64,000 bases of DNA from Paraspadella gotoi (GCA_051294375.1 CM119264.1:24344002-24408001), one strand, 5' to 3'; counted from the first letter of the stretch, positions 13,176 through 25,794 are shown. Translations and numbers: made by a program. Notes: a model not told the origin generated them from the sequence alone.

Positions 13176-14535
13176 CCGTAGCCGCTCACGTCTCGGTAAA
13201 ACGAAGAAACAGACAAGAGTTGAAAGTTTTTTGTTTTGCTCTTTTTTTTCTGATAGGAAGAGCACGNNNNNNNNNNNNNNNNNNNNNNNNNNNNNNNNNN
13301 NNNNNNNNNNNNNNNNNNNNNNNNNNNNNNNNNNNNNNNNNNNNNNNNNNNNNNNNNNNNNNNNNNNNNNNNNNNNNNNNNNNNNNNNNNNNNNNNNNNN
13401 NNNNNNNNNNNNNNNNNNNNNNNNNNNNNNNNNNNNNNNNNNNNNNNNNNNNNNNNNNNNNNNNNNNNNNNNNNAAAAAAAACAACAACCATAATAACAA
13501 AAGACGGAGACAAGGAAAAACTGCAACACCAACGAAAACATCAACAGAACCGGAAGCCAACGGCGGAACGCNNNNNNNNNNNNNNNNNNNNNNNNNNNNN
13601 NNNNNNNNNNNNNNNNNNNNNNNNNNNNNNNNNNNNNNNNNNNNNNNNNNNNNNNNNNNNNNNNNNNNNNNNNNNNNNNNNNNNNNNNNNNNNNNNNNNN
13701 NNNNNNNNNNNNNNNNNNNNNNNNNNNNNNNNNNNNNNNNNNNNNNNNNNNNNNNNNNNNNNNNNNNNNNNNNNNNNNNNNNNNNNNNNNNNNNNNNNNN
13801 NNNNNNNNNNNNNNNNNNNNNNNNNNNNNNCTTTTTTTTCTCTCACGTTGGACGCGCAACTTTATTCAGTCATCAAAATCTCGATGGGACGAAATCGTAA
13901 AAAAACTGGATNNNNNNNNNNGAAAAATTGAAGGTCGAACTGGCAGCGAGGGTCGGAGGAAGAGGAGGAGGAGGAGGAGGAGGAGTAGGAGGACGAGGAG
14001 AAAGTACAGGGTGGGAAAAGAAGTGTATTGCTTATTGTAAGACAATGGATTTTGGCTTGAGCGCCCGAAAATTAACTTAAAACNNNNNNNNNNNNNNNNN
14101 NNNNNNNNNNNNNNNNNNNNNNNNNNNNNNNNNNNNNNNNNNNNNNNNNNNNNNNNNNNNNNNNNNNNNNNNNNNNNNNNNNNNNNNNNNNNNNNNNNNN
14201 NNNNNNNNNNNNNNNNNNNNNNNNNNNNNNNNNNNNNNNNNNNCCTCATAAGAATTATTAGTTCTGCCCAATTTTATTCCACTTTTGACTGCAAATTGCA
14301 ATTCGGTTAGAAGAAACCAAGACCATTTTTCTCTCTCGATTGTGATTGTGAAAATATTTTTTGGCTGACTCTTTGGAGAACGAGTCGGAGATTTGTTTGC
14401 CAAGATTTCGACAGTTGTGCGTGATTGCTTGTAAGAGCGCCGAGATTGTAAAACACAAAATATTGAAAAGAACAACAATAAAAACAAAGTAAACATCAAA
14501 TAAAACATCGGATCAAGAACTTCAACTCTGTGCAG

Positions 14536-17500
14536 ACGATTTGGAGGAAGATGAGTAAAACTAAAAGGGGGAGGAAAAAGAAAGAGAGGACGAAGTATAT
14601 AATTCCGCTCCACTACCATCCACATTCACCACCACCTACCCATCTCCCTCCGCCACCATCCCNNNNNNNNNNNNNNNNNNNNNNNNNNNNNNNNNNNNNN
14701 NNNNNNNNNNNNNNNNNNNNNNNNNNNNNNNNNNNNNNNNNNNNNNNNNNNNNNNNNNNNNNNNNNNNNNNNNNNNNNNNNNNNNNNNNNNNNNNNNNNN
14801 NNNNNNNNNNNNNNNNNNNNNNNNNNNNNNNNNNNNNNNNNNNNNNNNNNNNNNNNNNNNNNNNNNNNNNNNNNNNNNNNNNNNNNNNNTCCCCATTCAC
14901 CACAACCTACCCATCTCCCTCCGCCACCATCCCTTAAACTCTTGGCCGTCGGATCGTCTTATGACGCCATTAAAGAGAAGAAAGAAAAACGAAGATTCTC
15001 GTCGACGCGAATTAAAAAAAATATGGCGGGCGACTTCATTGTCGTAAAGAAGAAGCTTTGTCTCGAGGACGAGAGATGGAACGAGGGATTCTTGGAGGTC
15101 GTCGTCGTTATAGTCGTCGTGGTCGTCGTTGTCGTGGTCGTCGTTATAGTCGTCGTCGTCGTCATCGAGAGCGTCGTTTCTGTTTGTTTCGTTTTTTTTT
15201 GTTGGAAATATTTTGATCCTTTTAGTTATTTTTTTTTCGAACTCGAATACAAGATAAGGAAGCGAAAGCGTGACTCGGTCTCTCTCTTTGTGTCTGTTTG
15301 TCTGGCTGTCTGTCTCTTTCTGTCTCTCGATCTCTATCTTTGTTTGCCTCTCGGTGAATGCCCCATCGCTGTAGCATTACTTGACAAAAAACTAGAATGA
15401 CGAATGGTCGAATTTTTTTTACTTTTTATTTTTTTATTTTGGTTTTCGGGATTTGGGCTTGAGTTGCTGTCTTGGGGCTCTGGGTTTTGGGGCGAATTTG
15501 TCGAAAGAACCTCCATTATAGACATCACGATGACTGTGAGACTTCATAATAACAAAAAAAATTCTCTTGATGGAATTTCACACATTCAAATATCATAGAC
15601 CCGAATTGCCTCAAGGCCGAGGAGCAACGAACTCTGCGCGGCCTTCCCTCGTTGGCGTTTTATTTTTACCTTTTTACTGCCTGCGATAAAAAAAAAAGAA
15701 AGAAAAAACCCGCTGCGACGGAACATTAGGATCTTTTTACGGACTCTGTTGTGAGGGAGAGAGAGAAAGCGGATGAAGAGCGTTTGTGTGGGCGTGGATG
15801 TGTGAGTTTTTTTTTTAAATTTTGTTTTTTTTGGTTCTTATTCGTAGGAAATGTTTGCGTTTACCGAAGTAAAAAAATGAACAAAAAAGATATGAAAAGC
15901 GAATAGTTTCATTCATTTCGGTCATCGTCCTCTTTATCGTCGTCGTCGTCGTTCGTCACTGTCATCGTCGTCGTCAGCGTCATCGTCGTCCTCTCTATCA
16001 TCGTTCGTCGTTCGTCGTCGTCGCCGACACGCGAAAATCCGTTCCGTGCGCCATCGTTGAATTTCCCCGCGTAATAAACGAGCGAAAAGAGACAAATGGA
16101 ATTCACTTCCGGTTTCACGAGACGAACGACGAATTCGCGCCTTCGTCATCGCGCGGGGTTTTCGCCACGTGAGGCGACGTCAAGGGGGCGTTGCGAGTGG
16201 GACGTGAAGGAGCGTGATATCTCGATTACTTTTGACGGTATTCAGCGCGTCGTCATCTCTTGACCTAGAAGTTGATTTGATTAAAGAATTTTTTTTTTTT
16301 CTGGACTGAAAAAGATGTCGGTAGGATAATCTTAACACCTCGCCGAGGGGTCAACTCCTTGCGTACGTAATTTGNNNNNNNNNNNNNNNNNNNNNNNNNN
16401 NNNNNNNNNNNNNNNNNNNNNNNNNNNNNNNNNNNNNNNNNNNNNNNNNNNNNNNNNNNNNNNNNNNNNNNNNNNNNNNNNNNNNNNNNNNNNNNNNNNN
16501 NNNNNNNNNNNNNNNNNNNNNNNNNNNNNNNNNNNNNNNNNNNNNNNNNNNNNNNNNNNNNNNNNNNNNNNNNNNNNNNNNNNNNNNNNNNNNNNNNNNN
16601 NNNNNNNNNNNNNNNNNNNNNNNNNNNNNNNNNNNNNNNNNNNNNNNNNNNNNNNNNNTTCTGTCTCATTCTCTGTTTCCGTCTCTCTTCCTTGATGTCT
16701 CCCTCTCTGTCTGAGTCATTAATCAATGCCGTCCGTCGTAATTTCCACCATCTGTCGGTCATTCGCGATTCTCTTTTAGAGATTTCGCACCGACGAAGCG
16801 ACGGCATTGGTCGCCGCCGCCGCCACAATTTGCTGTATCACTTCAATATCGATACTGAAATACTGAAATTCCACCATTTCAGTCGCCACAGCAATTGCAA
16901 CCGCCAGGATCCTCGCCCGTCACGCCAGCGACGTCTCCAAATGACATCAACTTTGTCGCTCACGCTTTCGCCGACGAGTGATCGAGGGATAAAAAAAAAA
17001 TAAACAAATACGTCAATTAAAACAAACGAAAATAGAATTTGAAAAGATTAGGACATGACCTCAAACCTCGACGAAAACCAGCTCCCGGATGTAACCAACT
17101 TATGAAGATACGTTTCATTTGAACCGAATTTGTCAGAAATCCGAGTTGCGCGGGAAACAGTCGAGCGAATATGATTGTCGTCGGAAACTAAATTTTCATC
17201 AAGACTTCTAAGATTTTATAATAGGTTTTCAAAAATCTCCTGGGCCCAACTTGATCGCCTTTTTGACCTTTCAAATCCCAAATCCGTATCCTGATTTTTC
17301 CTCTCCCCTCTTTTCCTCNNNNNNNNNNNNNNNNNNNNNNNNNNNNNNNNNNNNNNNNNNNNNNNNNNNNNNNNNNNNNNNNNNNNNNNNNNNNNNNNNN
17401 NNNNNNNNNNNNNNNNNNNNNNNNNNNNNNNNNNNNNNNNNNNNNNNNNNNNNNNNNNNNNNNNNNNNNNNNNNNNNNNNNNNNNNNNNNNNNNNNNNNN

Positions 17501-17829
17501 NNNNNNNNNNNNNNNNNNNNNNNNNNNNNNNNNNNNNNNNNNNNNNNNNNNNNNNNNNNNNNNNNNTCCTCCCTTTCCTCCCTATTTCCTCTTCTCCCTC
17601 CCTCTTTTGTTTACGCTGCTACAGTTTCGGTCTCGTTTCTTTCCGCAACTTTAACAAATCGTAAATCATTTTTNNNNNNNNNNNNNNNNNNNNNNNNNNN
17701 NNNNNNNNNNNNNNNNNNNNNNNNNNNNNNNNNNNNNNNNNNNNNNNNNNNNNNNNNNNNNNNNNNNNNNNNNNNNNNNNNNNNNNNNNNNNNNNNNNNN
17801 NNNNNNNNNNNNNNNNNNNNNNNNNNNNN

Positions 17830-17867
<38 letters not shown>

Positions 17868-20573
17868 GCGGCTTGAAAAACATACGCTTCTTTTCTCTTT
17901 TTTTATTTTGTTTTTCATTAAATTTCATTCAGAATTCCGTCTGCATTTTTATGGTGGAAGCAGAGAGTCGCGGGAGAGAAGGGGGAGGAGGAAGAGGAAA
18001 AGGTTCCGCGTAAACCTAGAACCAGTTTTACCCCCTTAACCCTTAAACCTAGAACCAGTTTTACCCCCTTAATCCTAACCTCTCCCCCAGAGGGTTTTTT
18101 TAATCCCCGCCCAAGATTGAAGCATAAATCCCAACCCTTCTCTCAGATGGGATCCTTCTTTGTCATCAACAATCGACTCACATCCTCTTCTTCCAAGGTC
18201 CAACCATCTTCTCCCCATCTCTTCCCTATCTTCTCACCATCTCTTCCCCAATTTCCTCGTCGCATCCTCAGTCCTCATGATGGTAGAGAAACTTTTGGGA
18301 CAAATTCAGTTTCTGTTTTATTCGAGGACAAAATCCAAAAATTTTTCAATCCGTTGGTCGGGTGATTCTTGAATTCATTTTACTCTCTCGGTCCGCTACA
18401 ACGATTTGGAGAAGATGAGTAAAACTAAAGGGGGAGGAAAAAGAAAGAGAGGACGAAGTAAATATAATTCCGGCTCCACTACCAATCCACATTCACCAAG
18501 CCACCTACCATGCTCCGCTCCCCACCATCCTAAACCTCCCACTACCATCTCCCATTCACCAGCTCTACTATTACCCATGTCTCCTTCCGCACCTATATCT
18601 CTTCAATCTCATAACCATCCCCATTACAACACCACCACCTACATCCATGTCATGCTCCGCGACATCTCTCTTTAAATCATAGCTAGCAGCGCATTCCCAT
18701 TTTCACCACTTAGCATATCTCATATTTCTTCTTCACACTACCGACACCAGACTCCTTAAACTTCCACACTTTAGCACATTACGACCCATATTCGAACAGG
18801 CACAGAACAATAATTCTTAGCCGTTTATCTCTCCCTTGTCTTCGCCACCATCTCCGTGTCAACTCACACTACATATATCGTGAACCGAGAGATTCACCAT
18901 AACACAACCTTATTAATCCCATGCTCCTCCGCCACGCTATTCACAGCTTAAACTTCTTGGCCGTCGATCGTCCTTAATGACGCGCAATTAAAGAGAAGAA
19001 AGAAAACGAAGATTCCTCGTCGAGCGCTCGAATTAAAAAACACTATGCGCGGGCGTATGCTTTCATTATGCTGTAGGAAGTAAGAAGCTTGTCTCGAGGA
19101 ACGAGAGATGGAAACGAGGGATTTCTTGGAGGTCGTCGTCGTTATAAGTAGTCGTGGTCGTCGTTGTCGTGGTCGTGCGTTATAGTCGTCGTCGTCGTCA
19201 ATCGAGAGCGTCGTTTCTGTTGTTCCGTTTTTTTTTGTTTGGAAATATTTTGTATGCGCTTTTAGTTATTTTTTGTGTTCGGAACTTCGAATACATATAT
19301 GATATAGAGAAAGCTGCAATAGCGTACCTCGGTCTCTCTGAGTGTGTCTGTTTGCGCCCTGCTGTCCTTTGTGCTCGTTTCTGTCTCTCGATCTTCTATT
19401 CTTGTTTGCCTCTCGTGAATGCCCCCATCGGCTGTAGCATTTACTTGACAAAAAACTAGAATGACGAATGGTCGAATTTTTTTTAACTTTTTAATTTTTT
19501 TTTATTTTGAGTTTTTCGGCGGGATTTGGGCTTGAGTTTTGCTGTCATTTGGGGTTTGGTTTTGGGGCGAAATTTGTCGAAAAGAACCTCCATTATAGAC
19601 ATCACGATGACCTGTGAGACTTCCCCATAATAACAAAAAAAAAATTCTCATTGATAGGAATTTTCACACATTCAAATATTCATAAGACCTCGAATGCCTC
19701 AAGGTTCGAGGAGCAACGAATCTCTGCGCGGGCCTTCCCTTCGCTTTGGCGTTTTATTTTTTACCTTTTTTTACTGCCTGCGATAAAAAAAAAAAGAAAG
19801 AAAAAAAACCCCGCTGCGACGGAACATTAGGATCTTTTTACGGACTCTGTTGTGAGGGAGAAGAGAGAAAGCGGAGAGAGGCGTTTGTGTGGGCGTGGAT
19901 GTGTGAGTTTTTTTTTTAAAATTTTGTTTTTTTTTGGTTCTATTCGTAGGAAATGTTTGCGTTTTACCGAAGTAAAAAAATGAACAAAAAAGATATGAAA
20001 AGCGAATAGTTTCATTCAATATCGGTCATCGTGTCCTCTTTATCGTCCGTCGTCGTCGTTTCGTCACTGTCATTCGTCGTCGGTCAGCGTCATCGTCGTC
20101 TCTTCCCCTTCTCTCCTTTTAATCATCGTTCGTTCGTTCGTCGTCGTCGCGGACACGCGAAAATCCGTCCGTGGCGCCATCGTTGTAAATTCCCCCAGCG
20201 TAATAAACGAGCGAAATAGATGACAATATGGAATTTCACTTCGGTTTTTTCAACGAGACGAACGACGAAATTCGCGCCTTCGTCATCGCGCCGGGTTTTC
20301 GCACACGTGAAGGCGATCTGTCAAGGGGTGCGTTTGCGAGTGGGACTGTGAAGGAGCGTGATATCTTCGATTACTTTTGACGTGTATTCAGTCGCTGTCG
20401 TCATTCTCTTTGACCTAGAAGTTGATTTTGAATTATAAAGAATTTTTTTTTTTCTGGATGAAAAAAGAATTTAGGTAGGATAAGTCTTATACCTCGCGAG
20501 GGGTCCAACTCCTGCGAACGTAAATTTGAAATAGCTGTTTTTAACCTCCTGTCAATGGTCTAAGAATGATCTA

Positions 20574-20604
<31 letters not shown>

Positions 20605-21790
20605 CTCATCTCTCTCTCTCGTCTCTCTCTCATCTCTCTCTCTCTCTCTCCTCTCTCTCTCTTCTCATCTCGTTTTTGTCTTCTGTCTCATTCTCTGTTT
20701 CTCGGTCTCTCTTCTTGATGTCTCCTCTCTGTCTGAGTCATTAATCAATGCCGTCGTCGTTAATTTCCAACCATCTGGTTCGGTCATTCGCGATTCTCTT
20801 TTAGAGAATTTCGCACCGCAAGCGACGGCATGGTCGCCGCCGCCGCCCACAAATTTGCTGTATCACTTCATATCGATACTGAATATACTGAAATTCCAAC
20901 CATTTCAAGTGCGCACACAGCATTTGCAACCGCCAGGATCCTCCCCGTCACGCCAGCGACGTCCTCCAAATGACAATCAACTTTGTCCGCTCACTGCTTT
21001 CGCCGACGAGTGATCGAGGGATAAAAAAAAAATAAACAAATACGTCATTAAAACAAACGAAAATACGAAATTTGAAAAAGATTAGGACATGACTCAAACC
21101 TCGACGAAAACAGCTCCAGATGTAACCAACTTATGAAGATATGTTTCATTGAACCGAATTTTGTCAGAAATTCCGAAGTTGCGCGGGAAACAGTCGAGCG
21201 AATATGATTGTCGTCGAACTAAATTTTCATTTCAAGACCTCTAAGAATTTTTTATAATAGGTTTTCAATTAAATCTCCTGGGCCCACTTGATCGCTTTTG
21301 GACGCTTTCAGAATCCCAAATCCGTATCCCTGATTTTTCCTCTCCGCCTCTTTTCCTCTCTCTTTTCCTCCCTTTCTCCCCATTCCTATTCTGCCTCTTT
21401 TCCTCTCTTATTTTTTCCCCTCTTTCCTCCCTTCTCCCTATTTCCTCTTCTTTCCTTCTTTTCCTCCCTTTATTTCCTTCCCCTCTTTTCCCTCCCCTCT
21501 TTTCCTCCCCTTATTTTCTTCCCCTCATTTTCCTCTCCTCTTTTCCTCCCCTGCTTTTCCTCCCCTCTTTTCCTCCCTTTCCTCCCTAATTTCCTCCTTC
21601 TCCGCTCCTCTTTGTTTACGCTGCTATCAGGTTTTCGGTCTCGTTTCTTTCTTTCCGGATCTCGTTTTCTTATCCGCAACCTTTAAACAAGAAGAAATCG
21701 TTAAAAATGAATCATTTTTTTCGCTTGAAACCAACATCTCCTCTCTTCCTCTCCTCGGGTAGACCAGAGCGGATGAGAGAGAGAGGAGAG

Positions 21791-21848
<58 letters not shown>

Positions 21849-22567
21849 AAGGAAAGCGGTGAAAAACATACCGCCTTCTTTTCTCTTTTTTAAATTTTGT
21901 TTTTCATTAAAATTTCATATCAGAATTCGTCTGCATTTTTATGGGGAAGCAGAGAGTCGCGGGAGAGAAGGGGGAGGAGGAAAGAGGAAAAGGTTCCGCG
22001 GTAAACCCTAGAACGCAGTTTTACCCCTTAAACCCTTAAAAACCTAAGAACCTTTACTAAAACAACCACCCTTAAACCCTTACCCCCCCTAGAAACAGTT
22101 TTAACGCCCCCTTAACCCTTACCCCTTAAAGCCTAGAACCAGTTTTTACCCCCCCTCTTAAACCCTTAACCACCCTTAAAACCTAGAACCGTTTTACCCC
22201 TTAATCTAAAAAACCTCTCCCCCAGAGGGTTTTTTTTTTACCCCGCCCAAGATTGAAGCAATAAATTCCCCAAATCCCTTTCTCTCATTATGAGATCCCT
22301 CTTTGTATCAACAATCGACTCACATCCTCTTCTTCTCCAAGGTCCAACCATCTCCTCCCCCCCATCTCTTCCCTAATCTTCATCACCATCTTCTTTCCCA
22401 ATTTCTCGTCGCATCCATCAGTCCTCATGATGGTAGAGAAACTTTTGGGACAAAATTCAAGTTTCTGTTTTTATTAATTCCGAAGGACAAAATCCAAAAA
22501 TTTTCAAATACCAGTTGGTTCGGGTGATTCTTGAAATTCATTTTACCTCTCCTCGGTCCCCGCTACA
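14536..22567 (+). repeat. Tandem duplication of a ~3.9-kb segment: clean gapped copy 14536-18400 and noisy insertion-rich copy 18401-22567 (probable assembly artefact)
   Basis: Both copies start ACGATTTGGA(G)GAAGATGAGTAAAAC and end GGTCC(CC)GCTACA. The second has scattered 1-2 bp indels and spans the N gaps of the first. Confidence 0.85.
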
Positions 22568-22619
22568 GTAATCTATATCTAATAAATAGGATATTCAACT
22601 TCAGTGAAAATGAGAAAAC

Positions 22620-22930
22620 AAAGAGTATAAGCACAATTACAAAATGAAATTGGTACAAGCATCCAATAATAAAAAATTTTCCCATTTCATTTAATAAATA
22701 AGCTAAATCTTTCCCCTGACTTGGACAGGCTTTGGTGGTTTAAGAGAGGCCCCTCATCACTCTACAATAGCTTTTCATTCAAGACGTCCTCTCAGTCTTG
22801 TTTATTCACTCCCAGAGTACCTNNNNNNNNNNNNNNNNNNNNNNNNNGGCTTCCTTATCAATGAAGTGGAAAATATTTCAAAGAATGCTTCAATCGTATG
22901 AAAAGACCACTCCCTTAAGTATTACAAGTT
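22620..22930 (-). repeat. Inverted copy of the ~360-bp repeat unit found at 62060-62940
   Basis: CCCCTGACTTGGACAGGCTTTGGTGGTTTAAG and AAAAGACCACTCCCTTAAG are reverse complements of motifs in that array. A + strand fragment also lies at ~12695-12770. Confidence 0.75.
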
Positions 22931-23436
22931 CAGTTATTCTGTATGACTATGTCCTAGAATAACATCGATATAGCTTATAGAAATACATAACTCGATTTTT
23001 TTTACAATTTTGGACAAACAATTTTGGCTAAATCTTTTAGATCTTCCTCATCAGTTCAGTCTTCAATCAGAAATCTCCAACTTCTCAAATCCTCGTAGAA
23101 ACAACAACAGCAAACACACAAACAAGCTCACACAAACACAATCACACACACGAAGAGGAACCTCGTCTCAATCGAAGAAAAGATTTCGCCTTCGTCAGCG
23201 AAGACGAAATCTGAAAGGAAAAAAAAACTTTTGACGATGAAAAATATTTCAGGGAAAATGCAAAGAGCAGACGATGTAGCAATAGAATTGAGGTCGTCGG
23301 CGCGCGAGAACGAGACGGAAAAGAGGTCGCTGTAGCGCCGCGGGAAAAAAATGGTGACGCACCACGACTCGAGACTGAATTGAGACCAGCACGCCGGGAG
23401 TGTTATAGAAAACTAAATCGAAACTGGGAAGAGGCG

Positions 23437-23473
<37 letters not shown>

Positions 23474-24038
23474 TATCGAACGAGGAAAATAAAAAGGCAA
23501 AAGGAGAGAATGTGAAAAAACGACAAAAAAATATTGATTTCTGAATTAGTTTCTGTCTCAAACGTAAAAATATATACAAATGAAATAAAAAAATAAGAAT
23601 CATTTTTTGTCAGTTTTTTTTTCAGTCATTTTGTGATTTTTTGATCGTCCGATGATTTTCGATCGATGTGATCACGTGATAATTAGAGCGTTGAAAAATA
23701 AACAAATATAACAAATCAAGGTGAGGTACATAGCTATTTATGTGTAATGTAGTCTGTAGAATTCGATGGTGATGACCATTTTTTTGTATAATTTTTATCT
23801 TTTCTTGTCGAAAATAAGGGTTTTTAATGGTATATAAAATTATTAAAACCATTATAAGTTATATGATAAATCAAATATTAAAATTTTATAAAATTTATAT
23901 GAGCTTTTGAAATATAAAAAATAAAGATTTATAAAATATTTGGTAAGTTTATTTCTAAATTTTATGTTTATAAAAAAAAAAAAGTTAGTTAACTAAATTA
24001 TTAATAATTTGAGTAAAAATTAGGCTAAAGTTAAAAGA

Positions 24039-24532
24039 TGTAGCCACCTCGATCAAATTAATTTCTATATAAAATAATTCATCCGCTCCGGAGTTGAACC
24101 CGGGATCAAAGACTTGAGATGCCTTGAACCGAGCGACCTGGGCCAACCAGTCAACTACAAACTCAACTTCGAAATCCTTACTTAAACCTTTAATGGATTA
24201 TCAAGACTTTTGTCTTCTCCCAAGGATCACACCAAATTCAACACAAGATGTCACTATGATTATTATTTTTGTTTAATGATTGCCTTCCTTATTATTGATT
24301 GTAAACCTGATTCATTCAGTCTGGCTTTTACTCTCAAAAAGAATAAACCTGATCTAAACTTTATTCTTCAATGTTTTAATTAAGTCTCAACAAATGTAAA
24401 TAATACATTATGCTACTGAGAAATAAACAGTCTAATCATTAAGACCAACGTTAAGCCTTCCCTGCGCTCCGGATCCTTAGTGATGAATCACCAAGTCTCC
24501 ACGATCTTAGAACCTCAACTCACCTTGCCACA
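24039..24532 (+). repeat. 5' LTR (~494 bp)
   Basis: TGTAGCCACC...CCTTGCCACA, repeated at 29707 and 30668. TATATAAAA at 24066-24074 and AATAAA at ~24342. Confidence 0.95.
24071..24157 (-). promoter_or_regulatory. tRNA-like Pol III type-2 promoter cassette (A box, B box, oligo-T) antisense within the LTR
   Basis: Minus strand reads TAGTTGACTGGT TGGCCCAGGTCG ... CCCG GGTTCAACTCC GGAGCGG ... ATTTT. A-to-B spacing of ~44 nt is as in tRNA genes. Recognisable in every LTR copy. Confidence 0.55.
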
Positions 24533-24546
24533 TGGCAGCCCAACGC
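24533..24546 (+). promoter_or_regulatory. Primer-binding-site-like sequence TGG(T)CAGCCCAACGC
   Basis: TGG immediately follows the 5' LTR CA. The primer tRNA cannot be assigned with certainty. Confidence 0.7.
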
Positions 24547-24910
24547 AGAATCAAAACCAACCTTCCAAACGGGGCAACGGATCAATCCAAACCACTCTGA
24601 GGTAAGATGGATGGGAATGAGGGATTAAGCGATAACATCCAATCGCTAACACCCTTTCCTCACTGCCCCAACTCCACGTCACCAACGGGCCCACGACGCG
24701 AGGAGAAAAGCAAATGACAGCCAAGAACATCAAATATCGCCTTCGCTCCTCTCAACGCGACTCCACCGACGCTCGAGCAGACGCAGCAACCTCCAAGTCC
24801 CTTTAGCTTCGGGCGCGGACATGATCAAGATCGACGTCGCCAGTATTTGCTAACGCGCTCCAACGTTCGACTTTCAAAGAATCGACGCCAGCAATTTCGA
24901 AAACGCCGAC

Positions 24911-25782
24911 ATGGCGACTGGTGGCGCCACAGAAAGGGAGCTTCGCGGGGAAAACGAGGAGCTTCGCGCAGCTTTGGCCGCAGCGACTCGCGCCCTGGAG
25001 AGAGGGCTTCCAACAAGAAACCCGACCTTCCGGATTTCGACACTTCCAATATCGAGATCTGGATCAGGCGAGCGAATCCGCCCTATACTCGGGCAGGATC
25101 GTCAGTCCCAGGAGCAAATTCGCCCATCTCGATCAAAGATTGGCGTTAAGGTTGATCCGACATCAACCATTTCTCTCGGCGATGCACGGAGAAAACGTGG
25201 AACCAGTTCCTCCAATACTTGGAAAAGAATATGGATATCTCGCCGATAACAAGCCTGCTTCCTTCTCGATCCTTTTCGACTTCGACGGCGTTAAACCATC
25301 AAAAAGCTTAGCACAATTGGAAGAAAAAAACTAAAACGCTTAATCTCGATGACGTTCGAAAAAGAAAAAAATTCTTCGAGACCTTTCAACCGAAATACGA
25401 CGTCACTTGGAGGATAAGGCCGAGGACTATCAGCAAAAAGATCTGTGCCAGCTGGCAGATCACCACTTCGATATTGAAGGAAATCTCAAGATTCCGCCAG
25501 CAAAGCTCCTCGTCAAAACATCGAAGAGAACCAGCGAGAGCGTCAACAATCGACATCGGATGAAGACGCGCCATCAACGCCCTCGGCAAATTCCAGAAGC
25601 GGAACTACAATGGAAAAGAAGTCGAATCCCAGCGAAAGAGAAAAGAAAGCCAAAGCTAATGACTATCCTGCAGCAAACACGTACGATTCGGAGAAGGACG
25701 CCTGGTCCTGTGACCAGGCCGCTAAATACGAAGAGACTCAGAAACGGCGTGAGGGAAACGCCAAAGGGGACGCGCGCGGTGA
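24911..25782 (+). CDS. gag: Gag (broken by indels that are probably sequencing errors)
   Basis: MATGGATERELR..., KPDLPDFDTSNIEIWIRR. Combining both arms gives CSKHVRFGEDAWSCEPGC (C-X2-H-X9-C-X3-C). TGA at 25780-25782. Confidence 0.8.
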
Positions 25783-25794
25783 ACGCCGTTCCCC
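25753..25794 (+). promoter_or_regulatory. Putative -1 ribosomal frameshift signal at the gag-pol junction
   Basis: G-GGA-AAC heptamer in the Gag frame, 6-nt spacer, then a GGGGAC..GCG/CGCCGTTCCCC stem-loop. Confidence 0.7.

Noticed and set aside
18010-22215. Telomere-like CCCTTAA/CCTAA motifs (18010-18080 and 22000-22215)
   Set aside because: They belong to a ~33-45 bp minisatellite, not a pure telomeric array.
24071-24157. Functional tRNA gene, or self-encoded primer for the PBS
   Set aside because: No acceptor stem or clear anticodon arm, and its 3' end is not complementary to the PBS.
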